Below, one piece after another: positions 12,924 to 24,513 of a stretch of 64,000 bases of DNA. This DNA comes from Tubiluchus corallicola. Lineage: Eukaryota; Animalia; Priapulida. Numbering within the stretch: position 1 is the stretch's first letter; every line of letters begins with the position of its first letter. The stretch lies in contig JAQGDQ010000266.1 of NCBI GenBank assembly GCA_030141605.1, forward strand, positions 1 to 64,000, in the 5' to 3' direction. The notes under the pieces were generated by a model. The model saw nothing but the letters and a program-made list of their open reading frames with translations, searched no databases and had not been told where the DNA came from. Position numbers and translations under genes: made by a program.

Positions 12924-13055
12924 ACATAGACGAATGTGCAGTCAATATTCATAACTGTGATGCAGAACGGGAAACCTGTCAAAACACTGACGGCAGCTTT
13001 ATGTGTGAAACTGATTATACAGGAAATGAGACTGAATGCGAGGCATCGGCCTCAA
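12924..13055 (+). CDS. cbEGF exon 11, atypical (5 Cys)
   Basis: 132 nt, in frame; [44 protein letters not shown]; donor CAA|GTAGGT. Confidence 0.75.
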
Positions 13056-13831
13056 GTAGGTGTTGCAAATTACATAACAGCAATCTTTCGAGATGTATTT
13101 CGAACATGTTAAACAGCGCCTGTTCTGCCTGTTTTAAATTATCTCTAAATTTTTTTCCCCAAAAAGTAAACACTGCAAGGAAGGCTTGTTATTTGCTGCA
13201 ACCAAATCTGTCACCAGGATCAATTATCCGAAGAACATCCTAATTTGTAGCACAACTAGAAGCAGGGGCATATTAACCAATAGGCTAACTAGGGTATTGC
13301 CTAAGGCGCCAAAGTTTTAGGGGCATCACATCTTAGAAAAAATTCTTATTCTCCTCGGAAAATGTGTATACTTTCATGTTCGTTTAAAGGGCACATTTGA
13401 TAACACACCACAGGCACTTACTGAGCGCTGCTTTTATATAAGTGCCACATAACGAACATGTATAAGGTATTACACAACAAGTAGTTGTGCAGCCTGCCTA
13501 AACATATGCGCTATGCAAATACATATGAAAGTAATAATGATCATGCAGAAAATAGGTTAATAGTGTTTCTAATACACCACAAGTAATTGATTAATCTGGC
13601 GATTACATAAACAATCATAAATTCACAATAGAGATGAGCGGGACAGAACTATCTGCGTAGTGCATTGTAAAGTATTACTTTATTATTAAAGAAAGTGCTA
13701 GCGATAGTGAAAACATCACAAATGCCATATGACGGCTGTATAACCTACAACAATGTATCTGTGGATGTGGTCAGTAAAATCTTATCATACATTTTGTATA
13801 AAAATTGACAGCATTTAATTTTTATAAACAG

Positions 13832-14000
13832 ATATAGATGAATGTGCCATTGGTACTCATAACTGTAATGGAAAAATGAAATGGATGCATAACATTATTA
13901 TTATTATTGTTAATATTATTATTCTTATTGTTATTAATATTATTATTATTATTGTTATTATTATTATTGTAGCAGACTTAGCTTTTTTTCTGCGATTACA

Positions 14001-14035
<35 letters not shown>

Positions 14036-14082
14036 TATTGTTATTGTTATTAATTTTATTACAATTATTAATATTATTATGA
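13832..14082 (+). pseudogene. Truncated cbEGF exon 12 running in frame into an (ATT)n microsatellite
   Basis: Intact acceptor TTTATAAACAG; DIDECAIGTHNCNGK continues into ORF 13876..14082 (same frame); no donor. Confidence 0.75.
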
Positions 14083-14648
14083 TTATTATTAGTATTATTA
14101 GCTGTAATTTCTGCCAAATAAATGTATTAGGTTTTTTGTTTCAATTTCTCAAAAAAATTTCTATTTTTGATTAACGCCAGTTACATTGCTAATCAATACT
14201 TTAACTTTTAGTTTATCCTGCCTTTTCTTCTAATTTTTTCTGCTCGCAGTTTGCATTAAATAAATCTAAACGCTTCTTCCGTTCTTAATTTCTCAGTGTA
14301 TCTCAAGTTTTAGCAGAAGTTACTCTCCAAATTGTTAACTTTTATTAGAGCTTTCACTTTCAAGCTGCTATGTTAATATGGCATTTCTATAGAAGATTGT
14401 GCTTTGATGTGATTTACTTTGAGTTGGGCTGTAGTAGTGTTTGCCAGACAGGTATATCTTTAGCAAATACTGTAACACGAGTAGAACAATTTTTTGTTGC
14501 AGTTTCAATATGCTCACAGATAAATACATGTATATCATCTTTATTTAAAAATGATGGAAACTTTTACGCTAACTCTGAAACATTTCTTAGAAATTATGTA
14601 GCATCATTCTGCAGTTTTGCTCAATACATTTACTTTTGTCTGTTGCAG

Positions 14649-14884
14649 AGAGTTGCCAGGCTGAACTTTACTTCCCGAGAGCTAGCAAAACTGATTACTT
14701 TTCTGCTGAGGTTTCCAGCACTGCAAAAATAATAAGAATTCACAGTTTGTGAGTGGCTGAAGGTGGGCTACTCAAACAACTACAAGAACAACTTCTTTTC
14801 TTTTTCAACTCCGACTGAACCAAATGCCATCTCTGTCGTTGTATATCCAGATTCCAAGGACAAACTAAAATTTCTTATTAACAG
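14649..14884 (+). CDS. Pentraxin domain 1, first exon (contains a +1 frameshift near 14730-14735)
   Basis: TTGCAG acceptor and CAG|GTATGT donor. SCQAELYFPRASKTDYFS.../EFTVCEWLKVG...YPDSKDKLKFLIN aligns with exon 18885-19119 but is 236 nt versus 235 nt. Confidence 0.85.
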
Positions 14885-15274
14885 GTATGTGCATGAGTTG
14901 ACAGTTCTTGTGCAATGGTACCTAGTCTGACTGTCTGTCTTTTTCCATGTCAGGAAAGATTAAGATATGGATTTAGATAATTTATTTCGACAATAAGCAC
15001 TTACGTATAAATGTATAAGAGCTTAAGTACAACATGAACATAAAATATAATTGTTCCTTAGCTGTTTTTAACATTTACACTATCCAATTAAGGAAGCTGT
15101 GAATGTCATGAGGAGAACGGATGAGCATGTCAGACGAGCCCCTCCGCCATGAGTGATGCTACATTGCAATAATGGTTATATTAAAGAAACTTATAGCAGT
15201 CGTACAACTTAAATGACTTCACAAGCCATACAATTAATCTACTTAGAAAGCAAAAAAGATTTCTTCAGAAATAA

Positions 15275-15888
15275 ATAAATCACTCATCTTAATAATTCAA
15301 TGTTAAAAAGTAGATGATAGATTGATTCAATACAAGATTCTGTTACAAAAGATCAAATAAATCACCTACCTTGATAATTCAATGGTAAAAACTAGATGAT
15401 AGATTGATTCAAAACAAGATTCTGTTACAAAAGATCAAATAAATCACCTACCTTGATAATTCAATGGTAAAAAGTAGATGATAGATTGATTCAATACAAG
15501 ATTCTGTTACAAAATATCAAATAAATCACCTACCTTGATAATTCAATGGTAAAAACTAGATGATAGATTGATTCAATACAAGATTCTGTTACAAAAGATC
15601 AAATAAATCACTTACCTTGGTAATTCAATGGTAAAAAGTAGATGATAGATTGATTCAATACAAGATTCTGTTACAAAAGATCAAATAAATCACCTACCTT
15701 GATAATTCAATGGTAAAAAGTAGATGATAGATTGATTCAATACAAGATTCTGTTACAAAAGATCAAATAAATCACCTACCTTGATAATTCAATGGTAAAA
15801 AGTAGATGATAGATTGATTCAATACAAGATTCCATTACAAAAGATCAAATGAATCGCCCATTTAAATAATTCAATGGTAAAAAGTAGA
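15275..15888. repeat. Intronic tandem repeat, 82-bp unit, ~7.4 copies
   Basis: ATCACCTACCTTGATAATTC recurs at 15361, 15443, 15525, 15607, 15689 and 15771. Confidence 0.95.
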
Positions 15889-17011
15889 TTTAGATTTAGA
15901 TTTGTTTATTCGTCCATTTAGCACATACAAAAATATGTTTTACATTGAATTTGACCTTTAGGGAATTTTAAAGATTGTCCTAATATAACAGATACTATAA
16001 TTCACTATAACTCACTAAGTGTCTTCTTATGATTTTAGTTAGCATCTAAGAAACGTAATTTATGATTTGTACGTGAAAATGCACATTATGATACAGATAA
16101 TTGAAAGCTAGACGAAAAAAAGAAATAGGACATGCTGTAATCCTATAACTGAAAAACTACTCGGCTAAGTGCGGGAAATGGCAGCATTCCATTCAGGACC
16201 GAAATTTTTGTGTGATTGACATGCCAAGGTCAGGTAGACGTGCCCAAAATCTGTTAGAAATGAATAGGATGCGAGTAAGTTTCAGTATCTGATGGAAATC
16301 AAGACGAAAATTGATTCACAAGCTTGTAGACTTTTTCACAATTCTGAGATAAGGCAATATCTATACAAAAATGAGCCCTGCCCTTACTTGACATAATGAC
16401 TGCTGCTTCTTAAACTAGTCACTAAGCTAACAAGCATTGTACTAGCAGTTATAATTTACAAGCGCTTTTATGCCGTTTTTCAATAATATTGTACTATAGA
16501 GCCGAGAGTAAAGAAATGAAATTTAATGCTGACAAGAGGATACAATAGACCTCTCATTTGTGAATGCGAACGTGGCACGGACTCGTATTCTGACCTTGTG
16601 TTTGTAAAAACCACTAGTCACGTGCACGCCTGAGCTTATAAAAAGGGAAGGGTCTACTTTTGGCCCTTGTCAGTGATCAGTGTCTTTCATTGCAGCTCTG
16701 TTCACATTTCACAGGCTTTGCCGCAAACTCCGTTCCTCTAGATAAACTGGTTGTTCTTGCTGAAAAGTGTAATACTTAATAATAAATTGTCATTTCGACT
16801 CCATTATCCGAATTTTGTTTTGGATAACGCGTTTGATTAGCTTAATTAAGACATGCAGCAAGGTGTGGGCCCCGGTGTCATCCGTCCTACCTTCGCTATG
16901 AGTGGACAGCAGTCCAGTATCCATAGCCTACACACATGATCACTTTCCAAGCAGCATTACCATGTAATATTATCTATGATTTGTGATATGTGATTCTGTT
17001 TTCATTTTCAG

Positions 17012-17505
17012 TGAATATGAATACATTTACTCTGATTCTGTTACACGACTATACGATGGAAAATGGCACCACGTTTGTCTCATGTGGAAGAAAGGATCTG
17101 GTGGACACAAGCTTTACATAGATGGCTCTCAAGTATACAAAGGCAGTAATGACAAGACGTTCGATGAAATTGTTGGTAGCAGTGGGACGATGGTGATAGG
17201 ACAAGATTCTGATGAGTACCCGGTTGGAGGTTTTGATGCTGATGAGTCTTTTGTGGGTTCCATAACTGGTGTAAATTTTTACGATTATCAACTAACAGCT
17301 GATAATATCAGAAGCCTGTATGCAGATTGTTATGCAGGTGGTGGAAATGTATTCTCATGGTGTGATTATCAGGACGGAACATCACATGGCGGGGTAGTCA
17401 TGGAAACCAGTCAGTTGACGTGCAGCACTGCTGGAGAATCTGATAGAACAAGTAATCCGACGTGCAGCCCTGATGAGGAGCCTGGTAGCCCTTCTAATGA
17501 GCTTG
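17012..17505 (+). CDS. Pentraxin domain 1, second exon plus linker
   Basis: Phase 2-1; DGKWHHVCLMW (HxCxxW signature), GTMVIGQDSD...FDADESFVGSITGVNFYD, GNVFSW; donor G|GTAAGT. Confidence 0.92.
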
Positions 17506-18884
17506 GTAAGTATTTCATCGTCTTCACAACTTGTCAATATTGTAAGGTAGCATTTCATAAGTCTTGATTACCTAAAAGATTTAACCATATCTACTACGAT
17601 TGAATGACATTAAAAATACATTGTAGACAGCTGAAAGGCAAGCATATGTTAATGATATATGACAAGGAAAAGGATAGTTCGAGATGTTTACCAAGCCCTT
17701 ATAAAAACAATAATCATACAATAAAGCGAGGTCAAATACTTTGTCAGCCATTTTAATAATTTAATAATTGGGCATTTATTACATTAAATTTATTTATTGA
17801 TTATATCATATCAAGTATTTAAAGAGTCACAGCGAGTATTTGACCAAAATATCAGTAACTACTAAAAATAAGAGCAACTCTTGGTGTCAATAATAATGGT
17901 GTCATATAACCTCTGTGACTCAAATGGTTAATCACTAGCCAATTAACCATTATTGTTATTTGTTAATTATTATGTAAATTATGTATGTACTGCACAAGTG
18001 ATATTATACAAATAAAATGATTATTTTATTATTACTATTATTTTGATAATTCAATAATTATATATATAAAAATTTAAACTCGTGCTCTTTTTTTCAGCAG
18101 CACGCTATGATACATACAAATAAAACCTAATTGAATTAAACGCACGAAAAACAGCACAAAGCAAAAAAAGCAAAAACGACATTGAAAATATTGAACAAAC
18201 AATTCCAGTCTATAGCATAATAACAGAACAACTATAAATAAGTGGACTGCATCCTTTCCAACAAGTGGCCATTACATTAAAATGGCTCTTGTCTAACGTT
18301 TCGCATTAGAACAGATATTGTTTTCGTTTTGAGAAAGAAACTTTGTGCCATAGATTTAAAAGTCGTTCCTGCATACAGAGATATTCCTAGACTCACGCAA
18401 ATTCTGATACGAACAATGGGCGCCATATTGCAATACACTTTCTGTGATTTGCTGTTAAGCAAACAATTTGTACCTTGTTTTGCAAACTGCATTCAAATGT
18501 TAGGCAAGAACATCCATTGAGCCACACACTTTTGAAGTACTGATCGATATATGGGAAGCAGTCTCTCTCTATGCACGTGCCCCATGTAATTGTATGCTTT
18601 ACACTGCTTCTGTAACTCAACTCTGTGAATTTGGATAATTATAATGAATGAGAAATTTCACTACTAAGAAAAGGAGAAAATACAATGTTTCAAACAATCA
18701 CAGTGATTATCAGGCAAAATTTGATGATGGGTCACTGGACTGTTTTGAAACACATGGCTCAATTTTTAATTATAGGGTTTCTAATCAAGCACCCATTCTT
18801 CGAATTAAGAAAAAGATTTGCGTTATTATAGGTAATTATAATTTGGTTTGTCGTGTTTATAACAAAACTTCTTGTTTTTTTCAG

Positions 18885-19119
18885 ACGGTTGTCAAACTGA
18901 GCTGTTCTTTGAGAAAAGTGGCAGCACTAAGTATTTTTCAAAAGATGTTTCAGCTCATGAATCCATAAGAGAATTTACAGTTTGTGAATGGCTGAAGATA
19001 GACCAATCATCCAACAAGAAAAACTGTTTGTTTTGTTATTCCACGCCAAGTTCATCAAATGGAATCAGCATTTCAGTCTATCCAGACACGAAACACAAAT
19101 TAAAGTTTTACGTTGATGG
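18885..19119 (+). CDS. Pentraxin domain 2, first exon
   Basis: Phase 1-2; GCQTELFFEKSGSTKYF...EFTVCEWLK...LFCYST; TTTTCAG acceptor and GG|GTACGT donor. Confidence 0.92.
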
Positions 19120-19553
19120 GTACGTGAGCATTGTCAAAGTATAATTTTCAAAAAAGGGCTAGTTCGCAAGGAGTATACTAAAGCGAATTCCACATGGATT
19201 GATGGAATTGGCAATCGAATTCTCGATTTTTCATTTTAAATTCAAGCTGATAATTATAACATCATTCTCAGAAAAAAAGTTAAGGCTCTGTCAATTCACA
19301 ATGGATCATCATCAAGCTGCAAAGGAATATACTGGAATGAGTTCGCATCCATTACATAATCAAGAATGCCGAGTAACAACAAGACATGGCAATACTGTAA
19401 GAAAAACTTGATTAAACAACATGTAGACCTAATGTGGTAAGATAAGGTTAAAATACATGTTTTGTTATGGCTTTAAAAATGTTGGTGTGTTTTCTTTTTC
19501 TTAGCAACAACCAAGGGAAAATCTCTAAGCTATAACTCGTACGTATTTTTCAG

Positions 19554-19983
19554 GGATAAAGATTACATTTACTCTGATTCACTTAGAGAATTACATGATC
19601 GCAATTGGCACCATTTCTGTTTGACATGGAAAACAGGATCTGGAGGTCACAAGCTTTACCTAAACGGATCTTTGAAATATTCAGGCACAAATGGTGATAC
19701 AGCTAACGAAATAGCTCATAGGAGTGGCACGCTGGTGATAGGACAAGATTCAGATTCATACCCAGTTGGACATTTCGAAGCTGATGATTCATTTGTTGGG
19801 AAAATAACTGGAGTAAACTTTTACGACTATCAACTTACATCCGCTCAGATAAATCAGTTGTATGAAAACTGTTATGCAGGCGGTGGAAATGTCTTTTCAT
19901 GGTGCGAAATTAATAAGGGGTCCCTCCACGGAGGGTTGACAGCACAAGTACAAGAATACTTACTCAGTTGTCCCGAGTTTTAA
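19554..19983 (+). CDS. Pentraxin domain 2, terminal exon
   Basis: Phase 2 start; WHHFCLTWKT, GTLVIGQDSD...SFVGKITGVNFYD, GNVFSW; stop TAA at 19981-19983. Confidence 0.92.
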
Positions 19984-20559
19984 ATATAAGTTTTAGTTTT
20001 TATGTGATTATGATGTCGATATTGCGAACATCAGAAAGCAGAAAACAGAATATCTCTAACTGCAGATGATAGTAGACTGTAATAAGTTTTTAAAACAGCA
20101 GACTTGTAAGATTTTCAGTCGCAACATAGAGACTGAAAAATTTGAAAATTCTGCTATTTCAAAAACCGAAGGCCCCTTTGTTTTACTGCTGAATTAACGT
20201 AAACATGACTTCAAGCACACATTGGGAGCTAAATTTCTTTCTAGATGTTTCAGATGATCCCACTAAAGTAGATTGTATTACATTTACAGATGTATAAGAA
20301 TTTGATTATTGGTTTCCATCTAACAAAACAGTTTTCTGTATTTATATGACATCTCTCAAGTTCCCAGTCTTGCTGTTAATCTTAAGAAAATAATAATTTT
20401 AGAAAATTACTTTAAGTTAGAAAAAAATGTTTGGTTTTTGTTTGTATGTCAGATTTTGCAGTCCTCCTCGTGTAGATGTTGAGGAATAATTACTATTACT
20501 TTATAAATTTTATTAGTTAATATTATACATTTATTAATAAATTATTAGTTTATTAGTTT

Positions 20560-21268
20560 ATTAGTTAATAAAGTTTTATTAGATTTGCTTTTGACAGGTT
20601 TAGGCTGGTTGATTTATTATTACGTTGTGTTGTGGTGTGTTTGGGTGAGGTGTGATGTGGTATGCTCTTAAGTTTTATTATGGCATGTTGGAGTGTAATG
20701 TGGTATGGTGTGGTTTGGGATGGTATTGTGTTGTGTGGCATTGTGTTGTATAATCTGTTGTGGTATGAAAAGGTACGGCGTGATATGGTGCTGCATGGCA
20801 TGGTATGGCCTGACATGGTGTGATGTACTGTTATGCGGTGTGCTGTGAATGATTTAGTGTTTTACTGTGGGCACGAAGTAGTGTTGTGTGATGTGAATTA
20901 GTAAAGCATTGCACAATGAGGCTTAGCTTATACTGGCTTCCCTGGATAGGATTAACTACAGATTACTTACACAATGAATTCATTATAAATATGTTTAAAT
21001 TTAATTTTTTGTAGAATGTTTCTAACTTGTGTGCAACTGACTTAGAACATGTGTATGTCAAGTATATATATATATATGTTATATAAGTATATGTTATGAT
21101 ATATATACATATAATTATATTATATATATATTTATAATATAATATATATATAATATAATTATATATGTCATAACATATAACACATAATATGTGTGTGTGT
21201 GTGTGTGTGTGTGTGTTCCAAGTCTGTTACACAAAAGTTAATTTTAAACTTATATTTAATAAATAGTA

Positions 21269-21303
<35 letters not shown>

Positions 21304-22880
21304 TATATATATATATATATATATATAGATAGATAGATAGATAGATAGCTAGATATAGATAGCCCTGCACTCAGTAGCTCTATTTTATGCTAAATTCAAT
21401 GTTGCAAAAATTGGAGAAAATTACATGCTCTGTTGCAAGTTTGATCAACCTTGTTACTTACATTAATATATACAGGTTAATAAACTGAAATTTAACCTTT
21501 TAACACTAAACTGACTGCAAGGGTTTATTACCAAGAATATTTGGCAAGCATCATTTGATGAGCCCGGTCCGTCTAGTGTTAATTAAGCATTTATTGTGAT
21601 GAATTCACTTATTTTTTAAGCTAAGTTTTCCATTATTTTAGCAGGTATAAAATTAACAATGAAATCGCTATAGTTTTAGTCTATGATTTGCTCTAGTTGT
21701 ACGTTCATAATGTTTCATTTGTCATTTTAGCTGTTAGTTTTTTATTATATTTACTTTATTATCTGCATTCAGAACTTTTTATTTCTGTTGACGATGGCAT
21801 GAGCAAATGCTGAAGTGTTCAGAATTATTCAAGTGCACACATCTTCAATAAAACTCTGTAGTTTTTAATCTTGGCAATAATTACTCTCAATTTATATATT
21901 TTACTAGTTAATTTTATCATAGAGATCTATTAGCTTTGGTCATGGTTGGTTTAGGCTGGTTTGATTTGGCGTTTCGTTGTGTTGTAGTGTGTTTTGATGT
22001 CGTATGTTGTGATATTATCTTAAGTATCATTAAGGCTTGGTGCAGCACAATGTGGTAAGTTGTGGGGAAGCATAGTGTTATGTAGTATGCTGAGGTGTGG
22101 CATGGTAATGTGTTGTGCAGTATGGCTCTGCACAGTATCGTTTGGTGTGGCATGGTAAGGTATAGTGTGATATGGCGCTGCTTGGCATGGTATGGCCTGA
22201 CCTGGTGTGATGTAGTGTTGCACTGTGTGGTGCGATCTAGTGTTGTGTGGTTGGCGTGGATTAATGAAGTGTTGTACAATCAGGCCTGGTTTACATTGGC
22301 TTCCCTGGATAGGATTGACAATGGGTTATTTATGCAATGAATAAATTTAAATTTAATTATTTCTAACTTATGTGCAAGTGACATGGAATATGTATGCATT
22401 TACATATACATACACACATATATTCCGCATATTCCGTTATACATGTATATTTAGTCCCTGCACACAGTTGCTCTATTTAATGCTAAATTCAGAGCAGCAC
22501 AAATTGCAGATAATTACTCGTTCTGTCGCGCTTGTGTTGTTATTTGCATAAATGTTTATGGATTTTTAATGTGAAGTTTATTCTTTTAACAGTAGAAGGA
22601 CTGGAAAAAGTTTATTACCTTGAATAACTGGTAGGCATTAGTCGACGCGAACGGTCCTTCTAGTGTTGAATTTTTTAACACTAGTTAGTTAATTATAACG
22701 AATTTGCATATTTTTTGTTTTCTATTATTTTAGCAATTTATATTATATTAACTGTAAGATTGAAATTTTAATTTCTACTGACGATGGTATCACCAAATGC
22801 TGAAGCTCTCAAAATTGCTCAATTGCACAAGTCTGCAATAAAACCTTGGTGCTTTAATGGTTATTTGGCAACATTATTTC
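20560..22880. repeat. Old tandem duplication (~20560-21900 vs ~21920-22880) containing degenerate (TGTGG/TATGG)n pentamer tracts
   Basis: Shared anchors in both copies: GGTTTAGGCTGGTT, GGCTTCCCTGGATAGGATT, CCCTGCAC..AG..GCTCTATTT.ATGCTAAATTC and TGACGATGG...CAAATGCTGAAG. Confidence 0.85.
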
Positions 22881-24204
22881 TGCTAAATTGAGGTTTTCTG
22901 TTAGGACTGCTATTTTATGTAATTAAACAAGAAATTAATTAATAATGATAGTATCATTAATCATTTCTACATTGTTTCTTCAATATGGTTAAGCGTGTTG
23001 TGAACAGCAAGTCCTTGTCTTCGTCATTATCTTAGTTGCTGTATCCTCGCCATTGTCATCACTGAATATCATGGTCATCACCATCACCATCCTTGTCATC
23101 GTCGTCATCATCATCATATTCTTTGTATCAATCTTTTCTACTCATTTTCCCTCACACGCACTTAGTAGTTCAGTTTGTTTCAAATTGTTTTTTTTTCATC
23201 TGTAGTCTTAACTTAAGGGTCACCCACACTTAACTTAAGGGACAACTTAGGCCCTAAGTATAAATCAAATTGAGCAATTTTTTTTAATTCATGAAGTTCT
23301 CATTTCAGCTGAAACAATTTCATCAGTTAAATTGTACAATGTTTATCCGGAATCAATATGATCGCTCCATATTATTTCCATAATCCGGTAGCATTTATTA
23401 CCAAATTTATTACCAATTTGTTGTCAGTTACATTGTTTACATATATTTAGGTGGGCGTACACATTTTGAATGGTATTGCACATTATAATTGTGAACTAAT
23501 ATTGACAATTATATTGCACAATATGTTTGGTTTACCTGACCCGGTTAAGTGTGAAATGTTGCGCAATTTGCAATGCAATCCTCAACTGTCACCTGCAGAC
23601 GCTTTTGATCATTATGGTACTATTATGTGCAATTAACAGTATACATTATTGTCATATAAACATGTAATTATATATATATATATCAAATGTGTACTTATGC
23701 TTGTTCCTGTGCTGACAGATAATCAGATAATTTAAATTCGTAACTATTTAAAATTTTTCACTCTTTATGGCTCACTCAAAGTCGTAATTACACATTATGC
23801 TTTCCATTCTTAACTTTCACAGTTATATTCCCCTTATACAATTGCTATTATTACTTCATTCTTATTTACATTATTAACTTATCTAGGTACAGAAGCGCGC
23901 ATAATTATAATGATTTTTCCATTTAAGTAAGGTGAGTTTGTTAATGACCGTATGGTAGTACACTCACCTCGCACTACTCAAATTATTTTATTTTAAATTT
24001 ATTGATGTGAATAATGATATTGTATATTTTCATGTGTGAAAATAAATTCATAGTCATAGTCATAGTCATAGTCACTCAATAGTATTGTGCAATATTCATT
24101 ACTGAGAGATTATTTTGCGTAATACTATTTAATGTGTGACTATGCCCCACTTACGCTCGAGCTTAAACTAGAATTAAAAGATGTACAGCATTTTGCCTGC
24201 AAAC

Positions 24205-24513
24205 CAAAAGCGTCCATAAGTCGGCTTAGTTAAAAGTACGTTATCGTGTTTCAAAGCAAAATGCCCCAAAAATTTGGTCAAATGTCAATTTTTTTATGAA
24301 AACAAACGCTAAATATGTTGGACTTTTACATTCTAGCACCAAATTAATAAGAAAATGTTAAAAGAATGCTAAAAATTTTATTGTATAACCCCATATCCAC
24401 TTCTCGGCTAGAAACGTGTACTGCAATTGTAAAAATGGTATCAAAATGTTCCTCATGAAATGCAGATACAGGATATGTGAAAAGGCTTAATTGCCGACTT
24501 ATGGACGGTTTTG
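24205..24513. mobile_element. MITE with 21-bp TIR
   Basis: CAAAAGCGTCCATAAGTCGGC / GCCGACTTATGGACGGTTTTG (1 mismatch); no clear TSD. Confidence 0.65.

Noticed and set aside
3392-19983. Naming the gene SVEP1, fibrillin or fibropellin
   Set aside because: No sushi, vWA, TB, CUB or avidin modules are visible, so no symbol is justified.
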